Assembly: GCA_039811145.1 (NCBI GenBank)
Contig: JBDHYB010000005.1
Coordinates: forward strand, 12,299-76,298
Length of the DNA stretch: 64,000 nt
Direction: 5' to 3'
From: Chitinophagales bacterium
GTDB lineage: Bacteria; Bacteroidota; Bacteroidia; Chitinophagales; LD1
Shown one piece after another: positions 1-9,216 of this stretch (its first letter is position 1; each line of letters opens with the position of its first letter). Under the pieces are notes generated by a model. That model had not been told where the DNA came from. It made no database searches and saw only the letters and a program-made list of their open reading frames with translations. Both the position numbers and the translations under genes were made by a program.

Positions 1-2
1 TC

Positions 3-128
3 GGTGATTACGGTTACAACGAAGCTATCAAGAACGGTAACATTAAGAAAGTATCACACGTTGACTACGAAGTGTTCTCAGTTCTGGGTCTCTTCTCTAA
101 AGTTACTACATACGTTTACGGTAACTAA
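3..128 (+). CDS. C-terminal fragment (41 codons) of a CDS cut by the window edge
   Basis: My own translation of frame 3 gives GDYGYNEAIKNGNIKKVSHVDYEVFSVLGLFSKVTTYVYGN*. The frame is open to the window edge, with stop TAA at 126-128 and a strong terminator after it. The tail loosely recalls small TRL-like Bacteroidota lipoproteins, but that recollection is weak. Confidence 0.4.
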   Translation, partial: GDYGYNEAIKNGNIKKVSHVDYEVFSVLGLFSKVTTYVYGN

Positions 129-150
129 TCTTAACGATTAACTAATCCAA

Positions 151-182
151 GGCAGGCCTTATATTTGGCCTGCTTTTTTTTT
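151..182 (+). terminator. rho-independent terminator
   Basis: GCAGGCC / GGCCTGC 7-bp stem with an 8-nt loop, followed by a run of 9 T. Confidence 0.75.
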
Positions 183-193
183 ATAACCCCCTT

Positions 194-736
194 ATGATGA
201 TTAAGAAAATTTCTCTTGTTGCATTGCTTAGCTGCACTTTGTTTTTGGCTTTTGCCGGTGGCGGTAATACCAAAAAATATTTGAAGATGCTGCCTATGGG
301 CAGGGGCATGCTGTATTTCGTTAAGCCGTTAGACATGAATACCTCGGCTAAAAACATTACCGTTAACAGCGACTTTACCTATCCGTTCTTCAAGGATTCT
401 GTTCAACCGTATATGACTATGAATTTTACTGTAATGCTTGATACGGGCATCGTAAAATTCAAACGCGTGGTAGTAAAAGAAGGTAACACCGAAACTTTTT
501 CTACAGAAACTATGGAGCGCTTTTATAGCGAGCCAAGCGGCAAGAACTGGACTAACCGTTACAGCGTTAACATCAAACTAACCGATCTCTTAAACATGTT
601 TAAAAAAGGCTCGGTTTCTACTATCGAACTTTACTTTGACGATAAAAAAGTGTCAATATCCCTACCTAAAAAGGTGCGTAAATCATATAGCCTTATTGCA
701 TCAACAATTGAAATAGGTTGCCAGGGAGGCTATTAA
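194..736 (+). CDS. hypothetical exported protein or lipoprotein
   Basis: 180-aa ORF with a hydrophobic N-terminal signal sequence and a lipobox-like LLSC. I recognise no family. Confidence 0.55.
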   Translation: MMIKKISLVALLSCTLFLAFAGGGNTKKYLKMLPMGRGMLYFVKPLDMNTSAKNITVNSDFTYPFFKDSVQPYMTMNFTVMLDTGIVKFKRVVVKEGNTETFSTETMERFYSEPSGKNWTNRYSVNIKLTDLLNMFKKGSVSTIELYFDDKKVSISLPKKVRKSYSLIASTIEIGCQGGY

Positions 737-752
737 TTAAACAGAGATACCA

Positions 753-1193
753 ATGAAGATGAAATCGTTAACCGCAGTTTTCTGCCTTTTTATAATGCTG
801 GCCAGTTGCCAGGGAGGCGCTAAAATTGATACTACTGCTATTATAGGAACCTGGAAATGGGACGTGAGTTATATGAAGCAGCAGATGATTAAGAACGGCC
901 ACCTTAAATCCGATAAAAAAGCCATTGCCCAGTTAGATACAGCGCTTGCACCTTTGGAAATGCTGCGTATGGAGTTTAAGGATAAAGGTGTGGTTTTGGC
1001 CCATGTTGATTCAGTTACAACACAGGATGGCAAATACGAATTCTTAGAGAATAACCAGTTTCTGAAAACGGAAATAAACGGCCTGCCAAAGTATTACGGC
1101 ATTAAGTACATGGCCAAGGATAAAATTATACTGCTGGAAACAGCCCCAAAATCTCCAGTGCGCGAATTTGTTCTTTACCCGGCTACTTTGTAG
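753..1193 (+). CDS. hypothetical lipoprotein
   Basis: 146-aa ORF with a signal peptide ending in the lipobox MLASC. It starts 16 nt after the previous ORF. Confidence 0.55.
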   Translation: MKMKSLTAVFCLFIMLASCQGGAKIDTTAIIGTWKWDVSYMKQQMIKNGHLKSDKKAIAQLDTALAPLEMLRMEFKDKGVVLAHVDSVTTQDGKYEFLENNQFLKTEINGLPKYYGIKYMAKDKIILLETAPKSPVREFVLYPATL

Positions 1194-1219
1194 GTTTAGC
1201 CTACACAGCGGTTTAAAAA

Positions 1220-2236
1220 GTGAAACATTTCCGTTACCCGGTTTATTGCCTATTGCTATTTCTTTTGTTGGTGACGCCATCAGTGCTAAAGTGCCGGCAT
1301 ATCTCCGCCATTAGCAACAGCGATACTTCCCTTCATGCGTATTTCATTAATGCCATAAAAAGTGCGGCGTACCCTAAGGATGTTGAAGACAGCATACTAA
1401 ACGAAGAACTGCAGTACTACCCTATCACTGTTAAAGTCGAAAATACGTTCAGCAACATAAGTATGAACGACTACTTCGCTTTAATGTTTAAAGAAAAGGC
1501 GCCCTACTCTTCCAACCCTTCGGTTGATTCTCTGTATAGTATTGTTAGAGGTGTTCACGCTATAAGCAATTATAGTTGGCGGACAATACCCGGTGGTATT
1601 TCAATGTACGATTTCAGAGCCCTGCCGGTTGATTCACAGTTTATGGCTATGCGCGATTTTAATGGTAGTGGCCTATGTGGAGAGTTTGCCAGCTTCTGTA
1701 CCAAAGTATGCGAGCATTACGGTTTTAAAGCAGTTACGCTCGATTTAAAAATAACCGGCTTAAACGGCGATACCCGTTTTCATAATGTTACCGTTGCTTT
1801 AGCAGGGGGCCGATGGTATTTATTGGAAAGCACCACAGGTCAAATGTTCGTTAGCCAGTTTAACACTTTCCTTAGTTATAGCCAGCTAGTTGATTTTATC
1901 AGCCGTAAGGATTTCAGAAATATACTAACAACAGAATCCGTTAATGGCCGCTTCATCCAACCGGCCTCGGCAAAGTCCTATTCTTCTGCAGCCTGGCCTT
2001 ATGGCCATTCTGCAAAACCGGCGCTGTTAGATAGCAATGCACGATATGTTGCCGTTCAAACCAAACGCTCCTTTGCTGATTGGCAAAAAACACGGGCAGT
2101 AAAGCACACCTATCTGCGGTATTTAAAGGAAGCCGGCTACGAGCCCAATTTCTTTTACATGTATCATAAAAGCAGAATTGCAGCCGTAAATGGCAGGCAG
2201 GATGCAGTGGCGCTTTTTAAAGCTGAATTTCCTTAA
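1220..2236 (+). CDS. exported protein with a transglutaminase-like (Cys-His-Glu) core
   Basis: 338-aa ORF with a GTG start and a signal peptide. The spacing GLCGEFASF ... RFHNVTVA ... WYLLESTTG resembles the GxCxxFA / H / D(E) core of transglutaminase-like cysteine peptidase folds. Confidence 0.5.
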   Translation: MKHFRYPVYCLLLFLLLVTPSVLKCRHISAISNSDTSLHAYFINAIKSAAYPKDVEDSILNEELQYYPITVKVENTFSNISMNDYFALMFKEKAPYSSNPSVDSLYSIVRGVHAISNYSWRTIPGGISMYDFRALPVDSQFMAMRDFNGSGLCGEFASFCTKVCEHYGFKAVTLDLKITGLNGDTRFHNVTVALAGGRWYLLESTTGQMFVSQFNTFLSYSQLVDFISRKDFRNILTTESVNGRFIQPASAKSYSSAAWPYGHSAKPALLDSNARYVAVQTKRSFADWQKTRAVKHTYLRYLKEAGYEPNFFYMYHKSRIAAVNGRQDAVALFKAEFP

Positions 2237-2490
2237 TCAATATGCGCCAGTTTCATGGCGTTAAATGCTTCTTCAGCTTCCATCTTAGCACTATATAAGT
2301 TGCATTGAAAGGTCTCGTTTTCTATAGCCACGTAGTGTTCATTAAAGCCTCCTTCGCACGTACCACCACTGCACGCCGTTCTGAAATTTATAGTCATGCC
2401 TGCCAGTATTACATAAAAACCATCCTGTTGATGTTCAAGACGCAGTTCCAGAGCCTTCGCCTTGTTTTGTGCTTGTTTTATCAGTTTCAT
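2233..2490 (-). CDS. small hypothetical protein (85 aa)
   Basis: Its composition is balanced, unlike the overlapping plus-strand 66-aa ORF. It fills the gap between convergent and divergent neighbours. I recognise no family. Confidence 0.4.
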   Translation of the reverse strand: MKLIKQAQNKAKALELRLEHQQDGFYVILAGMTINFRTACSGGTCEGGFNEHYVAIENETFQCNLYSAKMEAEEAFNAMKLAHID

Positions 2491-2581
2491 TCTCTGCTAT
2501 TTTAAGCTAAAATAATTAGCCTTATGGATTTTAGCTAAATTTTGTAGCAAAATAAATTCTCCTGTATTTTGTGTTAAAACC

Positions 2582-3712
2582 ATGAAAAGCAATCAAACAA
2601 TGTTTGGTAAAACGGTAAATAACAGAAGCCTAAGTGGTAATATTGCCGCGCATAAACGAAGCGATAAAATGAATGTGATTAACAAGGAGACGATAATGGA
2701 AGATTTAAGGAACTGGAACCAGATGCTGAAGAAGTATCAAATGCCCAGTACCCGCAAGGCTATAATTCAATTGGCTAATAGCCTGGCGTTTTATATTGGC
2801 CTGCTATGCCTGCAGTTTTATTTGTTTGATAAAACCGTTATTGGCTCGGCGGCACTTGCTATACTTAATGGCTTTTTACTGGGCCGCATTTTTATTATCC
2901 AGCACGACTGCGGCCACCAGTCATTTACCCGTAACCGCACCTTTAATGATATTGTAGGCACCGTATGCAGCATTATTACCATTATACCTTACAAGTATTG
3001 GGCTAAATCGCACAACTTTCACCATGCCCACAACGGCCAGTTGGAGTATAGCGATATAGGCGATATAGAGTGTTTAACTACTGAGCAGTACGCTGCCCTT
3101 AACTGGAAACAAAAACTGTGGTACCGCATTTACCGCAACCCGTTTTACCTGTTTACCATTGGCGGCTTTATTTACGTGGTACTTTATAACCGCTTCGCAT
3201 TTTTAAACAGCGAGCAATTCAAAAAAGTAAAGAAGAGCGTTACCATAAGCAACATAATGTTTGTGTTGATTTATGCCGGCCTTGCGTGGCTTATTGGCCC
3301 GGCCCGCTTTCTGGTAGTGCAGTTTATCAACCTGCTGTTTTTTGGTACATACGCCTTATGGTTTTTTTATATCCAACACCAATACGAGCATATTTACAAA
3401 AGCGGAAAAGATAAGTGGGACTATGTGCTAAGCGCTATTAAAGGCAGCACTTATTACAAACTTCCCGGCGTTTTTCATTGGTTAACCGGCAACATAGGTT
3501 ACCACCATATCCATCACCTGTGCCCATCAATACCTAACTACAACCTGCCGCGCTGCCACCGCGAAAATCCCGTATTCGAGAAACACGCCAATGCCATTAC
3601 ATTTTGGCAAAGTTTAAAAACAGTAAGCGCCAACCTATGGGACGAACAGCGCCAAAAAATGGTAAGCTTTAGTGAGTATAAACGCAACCGCCGCCAACAG
3701 GGTGCAGCTTAG
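2582..3712 (+). CDS. membrane fatty-acid desaturase
   Basis: Three histidine boxes (HDCGHQS, HNFHHAH, HHIHHL) sit between hydrophobic segments. The start is uncertain: Met1, Met30 or Met39 of the ORF. Confidence 0.85.
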   Translation: MKSNQTMFGKTVNNRSLSGNIAAHKRSDKMNVINKETIMEDLRNWNQMLKKYQMPSTRKAIIQLANSLAFYIGLLCLQFYLFDKTVIGSAALAILNGFLLGRIFIIQHDCGHQSFTRNRTFNDIVGTVCSIITIIPYKYWAKSHNFHHAHNGQLEYSDIGDIECLTTEQYAALNWKQKLWYRIYRNPFYLFTIGGFIYVVLYNRFAFLNSEQFKKVKKSVTISNIMFVLIYAGLAWLIGPARFLVVQFINLLFFGTYALWFFYIQHQYEHIYKSGKDKWDYVLSAIKGSTYYKLPGVFHWLTGNIGYHHIHHLCPSIPNYNLPRCHRENPVFEKHANAITFWQSLKTVSANLWDEQRQKMVSFSEYKRNRRQQGAA

Positions 3713-4062
3713 GCTGTTTTACTTTTCTTTTTAGAAGGCTTCGCCTTTTTATTAAACTCCAAAGCAAGGTTCAGCCAATATTCTAATTGCTTGCGTGTTT
3801 TTAAGGCCTCCACATCTACAAAAACGTAGCCCTTCATTACTTTGCCGGTAAAGTCCATTGGGCTGCATCCTTCCTTTTCCATTACCTCATCATAAATGGT
3901 AGGGTCCAGCCGCACCATTAAACGCTCCGATTCAACACCTACACACATTTTGCCATTTACCATAAAGCAGAGGCCGCCAAACATTCTTTTCTCCTCTACC
4001 TTCTTATGCGTTTGGGCAATTATCTCACGAGTGCGGTCGGCTATTTCAAGATTATAAGCCAT
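3709..4062 (-). CDS. TfoX N-terminal domain protein
   Basis: 117 aa. RMFGGLCFMVNGKMCVGV...LMVRLDP matches the TfoX_N pattern. The C-terminal tail is Lys-rich. Confidence 0.65.
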   Translation of the reverse strand: MAYNLEIADRTREIIAQTHKKVEEKRMFGGLCFMVNGKMCVGVESERLMVRLDPTIYDEVMEKEGCSPMDFTGKVMKGYVFVDVEALKTRKQLEYWLNLALEFNKKAKPSKKKSKTA

Positions 4063-4118
4063 ATGGTTGTTTTACTAAAAATACAAAGGCTTTTATTTCG
4101 GACAACACATTCATCAAA

Positions 4119-4146
4119 TAAAAAAGGGTGGAGTAAACCCCACCCC
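4119..4146 (-). terminator. rho-independent terminator downstream of the 1635-aa adhesin gene
   Basis: On the minus strand, a GGGTGG / CCACCC stem with an 8-nt loop is followed by T6. Confidence 0.55.
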
Positions 4147-4167
4147 TTATAAATTTTGCATACAAGC

Positions 4168-7100
4168 TTAGCGCAACAATGTAATGGTTCCCTTATAACC
4201 TGAATCAGAGTGGTTATTCAGCCAAACAATTTTAGCCTGGTAAACATAAACGCCGTTATCAGCATACTTGCCCTTGTAAGTACCATCCCACTTAAAGTTA
4301 AGGTCAGTGCTTTCAAACACCATCTCTCCTATCCTGTTAAACACCTGCACTTCTATTTGTTTAATGGATGGCAGGGCGGTAAACAGTTGCCAAAAATCAT
4401 TCTCTCCATCGCCGTTAGGGGTAAACGCATTAGGCACAAACACACCATAATCAGGAACTACGCTTACAGTAAATGTAGCCGTACCCGTGCAACCGCTATC
4501 ATTGGCAGCAACCACCGTATAAACCTGTGAGTAAACGCCTTCAAAAGTTGGGTTGGCACAATCATAACAGCTCAAGCCAAATTGAGGTGTCCAGGTATAA
4601 TTTACATTACCTCCCTGGTTAGTGGCAGTGGTTAAGTTAAGTACATCGCCCAGTTTTATTTCAGCAGGCGTTGGGGTTACCTGTATACTTACTGAATCAG
4701 GTTCAGCAATTATACCGGCATCCGTTACTGTGCATCCGTTAGCGTCAGTAACTGTAACATCATAGTTACCTGCGCTTAAGCCATTAAACACACCGGTAGT
4801 ATTGGTTTGGCCGCTGTTTAGGCTAAAGGTATAAGTGGCAGTTCCGCCCGTAGGGGTTACCGTTAACACGCCGTTAGAGTATCCGTAGCAGGTAGCACCG
4901 GTTACTGATACCGCATCAGTTAACTGCTGCGGTTCAGTTACAGTAACTGTTGCATTGGCCGTGCAGTTATTAATATCTACTACCAATACGGTATAAGTAG
5001 CAGCCGCGAGATTATTGAACTGGCCGTTACCTGAGCTTACAAAGTTAACTCCATCGGGTGTTGCAGAGTAGCTATAAGCAGGTGTACCACCGCTAACAGT
5101 TGAAGCAATACTACCGTTGCTTTGCCCAAAGCAAAGTGCAGCGGTTGGCAAGGCACTTACATTAAGCACTGCGGGTTCAGTAATAGTTGCGCTTACAGAT
5201 ACCGTGCACCCTTTAGTATCAACAACAGTAACGGAATACAAGCCTGCGCTTAAAGATGATGCGGAAGTGCCGGAACTCACGTTGGGGCTCCAGTTATAGG
5301 TATAACCCGGGGTACCGCCATTTGCTGTAACATCCATTGTAGCCACTGCATCGCCAAAGCAAGGCTCAGGTATGTGTGTTTCAGTTAACAAAAGCTGCGA
5401 AGGCTCAGTAAGCACAAAGTTGCTTGAACTGGTGCAGGTGTTATTATCAGTTACCGTTACGGAATAATTACCGGCAGCAAGTCCTGTTGCCGAGTTGCCC
5501 GTGCTGGTGGTATTGGTCCACGCATAGGTATAAGGGAACGAACCACCCGTAACAGAAACAGAGGCAATACCGTCGTTGCTTTGGAAACAGCTAAGATCGG
5601 TTTGAGCCGGTGTAAGTGTAAGTGGCTGGCCGGGCTCGGTAATAGTTACCGATGAAAATACCGAACATCCTTTGTTATCAGTTACGGTTACATTATACGT
5701 ATTAGCACTTAATGAAGAAGCGCTGTTGCTGCTGCTAACGTTAGGGTTCCAGGTGTAGGTATAAGGAGATGTACCACCTGCCGTATTTACGGTTATGCTG
5801 CCATTGTTAGCACCAAAGCAGGTAATGTTGGTAGAATTGATAGTGGGCGAAAGCGCACTTGCAGGTTGAGTTAATGTAACAGAAATGGTTTTGTTACAAC
5901 TGGCCTGGTCGGTTACGGTTATATCATAAGTGCCCGCTATAAGCATAGTAGCAATGTTTGTGCTGCTTACGTTGTTGGTCCAGGCATACGTATAAGTAGC
6001 GCCGGTTCCGCCGCTAACGTTTAGAGTAACATCACCGGTGGCATCGCCAAAGCAGTTAATATCAGTATGCGTTTCCTGTATTACAATATCAGGTGCCTGG
6101 TTAATGGTAAAGGCGGCTGTTTGATTGCATGAGCCCGCATCAGTTGCTGTAACATTATAGTTACCTGCAGGTAGGGTGGCCACATTAGTTGTTGAGCCAC
6201 CACTACTCCAAACAAAACTGTATGGTGTTGTACCCCCGCTTGGCGAAGCTGTAGCTGTGCCATTACCGCCAAAACAGGTTGCATCAACTACGTTAACCGT
6301 CATAACCGGGGCGGCAGGTTCGGTAACCGCAACGCTGCCGGTGGCTGTGCATGTGTTAGCATCAGTAGCTGTTACATTATAAGTATTGGCTACAAGGCCC
6401 GTTATAGGAGTGCCTGAAGAACCATTACTCCAGTTATAAGTTACACTGCCCGTAGCATTAACAAAATTGGCGCTTGCAGTGCCGGTGTTACCGCCATTGC
6501 AGGTATTAGGGGTACTGCTTACCGTTAAGCTTTGCACGCCCGGTTGCGAAACAGTTTCTGAAACCGTAGCCGTGCATCCGTTGGCATCGGTTACTGTGCC
6601 GCTATAGGTATTAGCCACCAGGTTTGGTATAGTTAGCGGGTTAACCGGTATTGGGTTCCCCTGGTAGGTATAAGCAGGGGTGCCGCCGCTTATATTAATA
6701 GTTACAGTACCATTGCTGCCACCATAGCAACTTACGTCAGTATGCGATGTAGCAACTGTTAGTGCTGAAGCAGGTTGTGTAATGGTTATACTGTCTTTGT
6801 TCTGACAGTTATGGGTATCAGTAATCGTTAAGTTGTACTGGCCTGCAGTTAAACCTGTAGGGTTACTTCCGCTGGCAGTTGCAGGGCTCCAAGTATAGGT
6901 ATAGGCAGGCGAGCCACCGTTTGCATTTACCGTTATGGTTCCTGTTGAGCCGCCAAAGCAGTTAACATTAGTAGCACTTATGGTATGGGTTAACGCAGTT
7001 GCCGGTTGGTTTATAGTAGTGCTGCCGGTAATGGTGCAGCCCTTATCATCAGTAACCGTAACGGTGTAGGTGCCAACACCTAAACTAAGGTTATTTTGGG

Positions 7101-9075
7101 CGGAGGATATATTACTCCAGTTATACAGATAAGGCGGGTTGCCCCCCGTTGGGTTAGCCAGCGCACTACCCGTTTGCGATTGATAACAACTATCATCAAC
7201 TGCTGTAATGGTTAAGCCCAGTGTTGGCGGGCCTGTTACAGTACCTGTTGCTGTAGCCTGGCAACCGGAAGCATCGGTAATAGTTACAGTAATAGCTCCT
7301 GCACTAAGGTTGCTTACCACTGCCGTATTACCGCCACCATTGCTCCAGGCATAAGTATAGGGAGAGGTGCCTCCGGAAGTTACGGAAGCAAGCGCCTGGC
7401 CATCGTTAGTGTTAGCGCACGACATATCAACCGTGGCTAAACTTGCTGCCATTGCAGCAAACGGTTGGTTTACCGTTACTGTGCCTGATGTGCTGTAACC
7501 GGTACCATCAGAATAGTTCCAGGTATAGGTGCCGGCAGTAAGGTTGTAAATAGTATCATTGGTTACACCGTTGCTCCATGATATTACAGGTGAAGGACCA
7601 CCTGTAGCCACTAACCAGGCAATGCCATTGTTACCTCCAAAGCAACTAACGTCGGTATGGTTTGATGTAAATGAATAACCGCAGGGTGAGTTACCTACTG
7701 TAGCTGTGTATTGCAGCAGCGAAGAACATCCGTTTGCATCAGAAGGGTTTGCTGTATAAAGGCCGGGGGCAAGGTTTGTATACGTAGTGCCCACAAATGG
7801 AGCGCCGGGAACCCAGGTGTTGCTGTAAGGGCCGGTGCCACCGCTAATGGTAATGCTTACCGAACCGTTGTTAGCGCCGCAACTGGCATTGGTGCTGCTG
7901 GTAGATGCCGTTAATGGTGGTGGCTGAGGTAAGGTATAAGCGGCACTTGCTGAACATACACCATCGGTTACTGAAACCGAATAGGTGCCTGCACCCACCC
8001 CTACAAGGTTAGGGCCTACAGTGCCATTGCTCCATGTATATTGATAGCCACCATAGCCGGCAGCAGGGCCAAAGCCCCCTGTTGAAGAGGCAACAATGTT
8101 GCCGTTAGTACCAGCATTACAAGGCGGAGCCTGAGGAACCGCCGATAAAGTAATAGGCGCGGTTATAGTTACGTTGTGCGAATAGGTGTACGTGCACCCG
8201 GTAATATCTGTAATAGTAAGTGTTACCGTATAAGTACCGTTACCTGCATAGGTGTGCGTTGGGTTCTGTAATGAGGAAGTTCCGCCATCGCCAAAGTTCC
8301 ATGCCCATGATTGCACCGTACCAAGGTTGCTGGTTGATACATCAGAGAACTGCATAGTTGGGCTGCAGCTTTGGTAGTTAGTGCCTGCCACCCAGTTAGA
8401 GGTTGAGGTTACACATACCTGTTGCGTATTACTGCCGCCACCGGTAGCGCCGCTCCACCCCCAGTTAACAACAGGGTTACCGCCAAAATAATTGCCTACC
8501 ATGTTGGGTATTACAATACTTTGACGCAGAACCCCATCAAAATAAACGGAAAGGGTATTACTATTTACATCCCATACTATCCGCACGGTATGCCAGTTAC
8601 AATCATCAATAACTGCCTGGCTGGTTAAAGCCGGCACGGCCGGCCCAAGGTTGTGATTGTACTGCCCGCCCGATTCTATACCAATGTGGTCGTAACCGGG
8701 GTCGTTAGCAGGTGAGCCGTTGGCCCAGGTATCAAACTCGATTGCTATGGAGTAAGGCTGGTTGCCCCCGGCATAGCCAAGGCCTTCGCCCTGGTTACCC
8801 AGGCCGTTGGGGTTCGAGGTTAGTACAAAGCAAATACCATCGGCCCCATTGCTTCCGTTACAACCTAAAAACACGTTGAAGGTGTAATCAAACGAGTTGT
8901 TGAGGTTGATGGGATTGTTTTGGAAAATGGCCCCCGCCTGGTCATCGGCATCAGGTGTAAGCTGAAAGCAGTTACAGCCACTTAAAGAAGAGGCATTTCC
9001 GAGGACCGTATAATTCTGAGCATAAGACCAAAGTGTGATACATAGAAACAACGACAGAACGTAATATTTCCTCAT
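4168..9075 (-). CDS. giant cell-surface adhesin: legume-lectin-like domain + PKD + about 15 SprB repeats + T9SS type B (gliding motility-associated, CHU_C) C-terminal domain
   Basis: 1635 aa with a signal peptide. The N-terminal 230 aa are ConA/lectin-like. The PKD motif is WAWNFGDGGTSSLQNPTHTYAGNGTYTVTLTITD. About 15 modules of roughly 75 aa each carry CxGxxxGxxxxxxxGGxxPYxYxW. The C-terminus reads VPNAFTPNGDGENDFW...VFNRIGEMVFES...WDGTYKGK...GVYVYQ. Confidence 0.9.
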   Translation of the reverse strand: MRKYYVLSLFLCITLWSYAQNYTVLGNASSLSGCNCFQLTPDADDQAGAIFQNNPINLNNSFDYTFNVFLGCNGSNGADGICFVLTSNPNGLGNQGEGLGYAGGNQPYSIAIEFDTWANGSPANDPGYDHIGIESGGQYNHNLGPAVPALTSQAVIDDCNWHTVRIVWDVNSNTLSVYFDGVLRQSIVIPNMVGNYFGGNPVVNWGWSGATGGGSNTQQVCVTSTSNWVAGTNYQSCSPTMQFSDVSTSNLGTVQSWAWNFGDGGTSSLQNPTHTYAGNGTYTVTLTITDITGCTYTYSHNVTITAPITLSAVPQAPPCNAGTNGNIVASSTGGFGPAAGYGGYQYTWSNGTVGPNLVGVGAGTYSVSVTDGVCSASAAYTLPQPPPLTASTSSTNASCGANNGSVSITISGGTGPYSNTWVPGAPFVGTTYTNLAPGLYTANPSDANGCSSLLQYTATVGNSPCGYSFTSNHTDVSCFGGNNGIAWLVATGGPSPVISWSNGVTNDTIYNLTAGTYTWNYSDGTGYSTSGTVTVNQPFAAMAASLATVDMSCANTNDGQALASVTSGGTSPYTYAWSNGGGNTAVVSNLSAGAITVTITDASGCQATATGTVTGPPTLGLTITAVDDSCYQSQTGSALANPTGGNPPYLYNWSNISSAQNNLSLGVGTYTVTVTDDKGCTITGSTTINQPATALTHTISATNVNCFGGSTGTITVNANGGSPAYTYTWSPATASGSNPTGLTAGQYNLTITDTHNCQNKDSITITQPASALTVATSHTDVSCYGGSNGTVTINISGGTPAYTYQGNPIPVNPLTIPNLVANTYSGTVTDANGCTATVSETVSQPGVQSLTVSSTPNTCNGGNTGTASANFVNATGSVTYNWSNGSSGTPITGLVANTYNVTATDANTCTATGSVAVTEPAAPVMTVNVVDATCFGGNGTATASPSGGTTPYSFVWSSGGSTTNVATLPAGNYNVTATDAGSCNQTAAFTINQAPDIVIQETHTDINCFGDATGDVTLNVSGGTGATYTYAWTNNVSSTNIATMLIAGTYDITVTDQASCNKTISVTLTQPASALSPTINSTNITCFGANNGSITVNTAGGTSPYTYTWNPNVSSSNSASSLSANTYNVTVTDNKGCSVFSSVTITEPGQPLTLTPAQTDLSCFQSNDGIASVSVTGGSFPYTYAWTNTTSTGNSATGLAAGNYSVTVTDNNTCTSSSNFVLTEPSQLLLTETHIPEPCFGDAVATMDVTANGGTPGYTYNWSPNVSSGTSASSLSAGLYSVTVVDTKGCTVSVSATITEPAVLNVSALPTAALCFGQSNGSIASTVSGGTPAYSYSATPDGVNFVSSGNGQFNNLAAATYTVLVVDINNCTANATVTVTEPQQLTDAVSVTGATCYGYSNGVLTVTPTGGTATYTFSLNSGQTNTTGVFNGLSAGNYDVTVTDANGCTVTDAGIIAEPDSVSIQVTPTPAEIKLGDVLNLTTATNQGGNVNYTWTPQFGLSCYDCANPTFEGVYSQVYTVVAANDSGCTGTATFTVSVVPDYGVFVPNAFTPNGDGENDFWQLFTALPSIKQIEVQVFNRIGEMVFESTDLNFKWDGTYKGKYADNGVYVYQAKIVWLNNHSDSGYKGTITLLR

Positions 9076-9092
9076 CAGGTTAAGGGTTTTAT

Positions 9093-9100
9093 CAAAGATA
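9093..9100 (-). promoter_or_regulatory. candidate Bacteroidota -7 box (TATCTTTG) for the 1635-aa adhesin gene
   Basis: It matches TAnnTTTG 17 nt upstream of the ATG and is preceded by GTAAAT. The same GTAAAT-N2-3-TAnnTTTG arrangement occurs upstream of the paralog at 12101-12117. Confidence 0.4.
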
Positions 9101-9216
9101 TTATTTACGGGGTAATAGTTGCAATACGCCCTGTTGAAATCCCCCTAAACTTTAGAAGGCGAACAATGGCCCATTCCCTGTATCTGGAAATGCCCTAAAC
9201 GGTGCGGTTTAACAGT

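Noticed and set aside
2305-2505. 66-aa plus-strand ORF in the gap before the desaturase gene.
   Set aside because: It overlaps the more plausible 85-aa minus-strand ORF (2233-2490). Its composition is hydrophobic and aromatic-biased, typical of a shadow frame.
4756-8133. Regular periodicity that could be mistaken for a CRISPR array or a tandem DNA repeat.
   Set aside because: The periodicity is at protein level (~75-aa SprB modules) inside one uninterrupted ORF. There are no short identical DNA repeats with unique spacers.
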